A DNA stretch of 64,000 nt from the NCBI GenBank assembly GCA_003427395.1, contig BFEA01000012.1, positions 3,523,312-3,587,311 on the forward strand, given 5' to 3'. The DNA is from Chara braunii. Taxonomy: Eukaryota > Plantae > Charophyceae. The notes under the pieces were generated by a model. That model had not been told where the DNA came from, ran no database searches, and was given only the letters and a program-made list of their open reading frames with translations. Shown one piece after another: positions 61,846-64,000 of the stretch. Each line of letters begins with the position of its first letter. Within the stretch, counting starts at the first letter, position 1. The translations under genes and the position numbers were made by a program.

Positions 61846-63121
61846 CCGTGTGTCTGGCATATGAAAAAAGCTTGTAGTGCAGAAAGCGGACATCATCAGA
61901 AGGGGTAGTTGATTGAAAAAAAAAAAAGAAGAGGTAACCGATAAAAACGGTGATTGACATCCAACGAGGGAATCGATCAAAAGGCGGGAAAACGGCGAGG
62001 AATCGATTTGAAAAACGGCGGGAATTGATTTACAGAAGGTGGGAATCTATCAAAATTGAAAATCGATGAAACGTCAACACACCAATAACAGGCACGGTAC
62101 AAGATTTTAAAAAACATGGCGATCGACTGTGGCAATTTTCTTTACCAGTTAAAAAGAAAACTGGCGGGAATCGAATTAGAAAAGGGGGGGAAATTTCGAT
62201 CGAAAGGATTCAAAATTGGAAATAAAAGAAACAATCAATATGACAGAAAGAGGGTACAAGATCGAAGAAATGGCGATCGACCGTGGCAATTTTCTTTACC
62301 AGTTTCGCCTAGCCCTTTTTTGATCGAATTTTTTTTTTTTTATCGAAAATTTTAAATATGTTTCATCGAAAATTACTATTAAAGGCGTACAAAGTGGCAA
62401 TTATCGTGAAGTACCAACAAGTAGGTCGTACGAAAATACACACATTCAAACGCTCGAAATCCGAGGTGACAAAAAAAAAAAAAAAAAAAAAAAAGAACAA
62501 CCAGAAATGTTAGTCTGAAAACGCCGTTTTTTAATCTTGCCCGGTAAATATACCTTCACAACAACGGCGTTTTCAGACTAACATTTTGTTTTTTATTTTT
62601 TTTTTTTGGCCCGGTAAATATACCTTTTTTCCGACCGGAACTGAGTGAGCGAAACAAAATTACCCCTTTCCCCACTGTCCGGGAACATTAAAAAAAGGGG
62701 CAATTCGGCAATTCACCGCTCGCGCTCCCCCCCCAAATGCAATTGGCGACCGGAACTGAGTGAGCGAAACTGAAAAAAGCAAGAGGTAGTTAGTTCCAAT
62801 ACCATTACTACCTTCTTCCCCCGAATACAATGTACGATTATTATAGGTGTATTTGAGTCATCTTTCAGTCTAAATACAGCAATAATGACCGTACGTTGTA
62901 TTCGGGTGAAGAAGGTAGCAGTCCCGAATACAATGTACGGTTATTATAGCTGTATTTGAGGCATCTTTCAGTCTAGATACAGCAATAATGACCGTACTTT
63001 GTATTCGGGTGAAGAAGGTAGTAGTAGTTATGGATCCGTACATCTGGGCTTAAGCCCTCCTCCGTGCAAGCACGGAGACACGAATTGGAACCGGCGAGCT
63101 CGGCCTCAAGAGCCAAGTCTC

Positions 63122-63274
63122 TTAAAACCACCAGTACTTCATAAAGTCGAGCGCGTTAACGCGCCACGATTTTAGGAAACGTACGGGCCACTACAGGAGC
63201 GCCCAAATTCATCCAAACGTTTCTACTCTATTTTTTTCCGCAACCGATAGCTGGGCCACGTACTGGTGGTTTAA
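63122..63274. mobile_element. TTAA-flanked MITE (piggyBac-like)
   Basis: TTAA-aaccaccagtac...gtactggtggt-TTAA; related left end at about 15749. Confidence 0.6.
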
Positions 63275-64000
63275 CCACTACAGCCTATTCAAAAGTGGAA
63301 TCTTCTTCTTCGTGATATCCACGCCACCCCTGCAAAGGGCCTCTTACCATTACGAACCACAACAAGCAACGAGTAAACAAAAGGGCAAGAATAAAGAATC
63401 AATCAGACTCTCAAGGCGCACTCACATGAATGTACATGACCGCTTTTCCGACCAGAGCTGGATGCACCTGGCCGCAATTACGTCCATACAGAAGTGTTTA
63501 AGACGTACTCGTGTGAGTAGGCGCCCTTACTAATCACAAACAAGATTACTCAAAAGCTAAAAGAGAAAAAAAAAAAAAAAAATCGATTACAGACAATGAC
63601 TACGGACCTCGTGGTACTCGACACGAACGAAATAGGACTTCTCCTCAACGACGACGCAGTAGTCGAAGCGGAGCAATCAAAACCAGAGAGGGGGTACGCA
63701 GTAGCAATCATCCCCAGGGTTCTTTCAACTTTTCTTATCACGAGGGCACTAGAATTTTAGGACCTTCTTCGACGAGGGCACTAGAATTTTAGGACCTTCT
63801 TCGACAAGCTCTAAGCACTTCGTTCGTAAGAAGTTCAATCGAAATCAAAAGCAGCTTTCCGTTTTTGAGGAATCGAAACCAGAGAGCGCTTTCGAGAGCA
63901 TTTTTTTACTGCAAAGAGAGAATCGTGTACGCACAATCTTAACCAAAAGCAGTCGACGTTTCAAGAAAGTGGCGGCAACAGAAAATATTTACAGTATCAC

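Noticed and set aside
63550-63741. Possible first exon of EHD
   Set aside because: No resemblance to the expected N-terminal EH helix (WF..AD); unsupported

Overview
Repeat-rich eukaryotic (green plant lineage) genomic DNA with assembly gaps. The style resembles a charophyte alga such as Chara, but that is an inference. Most of the window is one minus-strand, long-intron gene for a plant-type EH-domain-containing dynamin-related ATPase (EHD1/EHD2-like). I could assemble 13 in-phase GT-AG exons (1247 nt, 385-53515); the first exon(s) and the 3' exons were not found in the window. The introns hold a Ty3/Gypsy chromovirus (17748-26237) with an in-frame loss of the RT core, and many MITE families (hAT, Tc1/mariner-type, PIF/Harbinger, TTAA-flanked). 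The most interesting signal is RNA-level. A mosaic at about 33.1-37.7 kb contains about 10 copies of a (TA)n-anchored terminal unit carrying a type III hammerhead ribozyme (two structurally complete copies), interleaved with degenerate GIY-YIG endonuclease fragments. A second, unrelated minimal type I hammerhead of the Penelope type lies at about 61.0 kb. Two Nextera mate-pair junction adapters are assembly artefacts.
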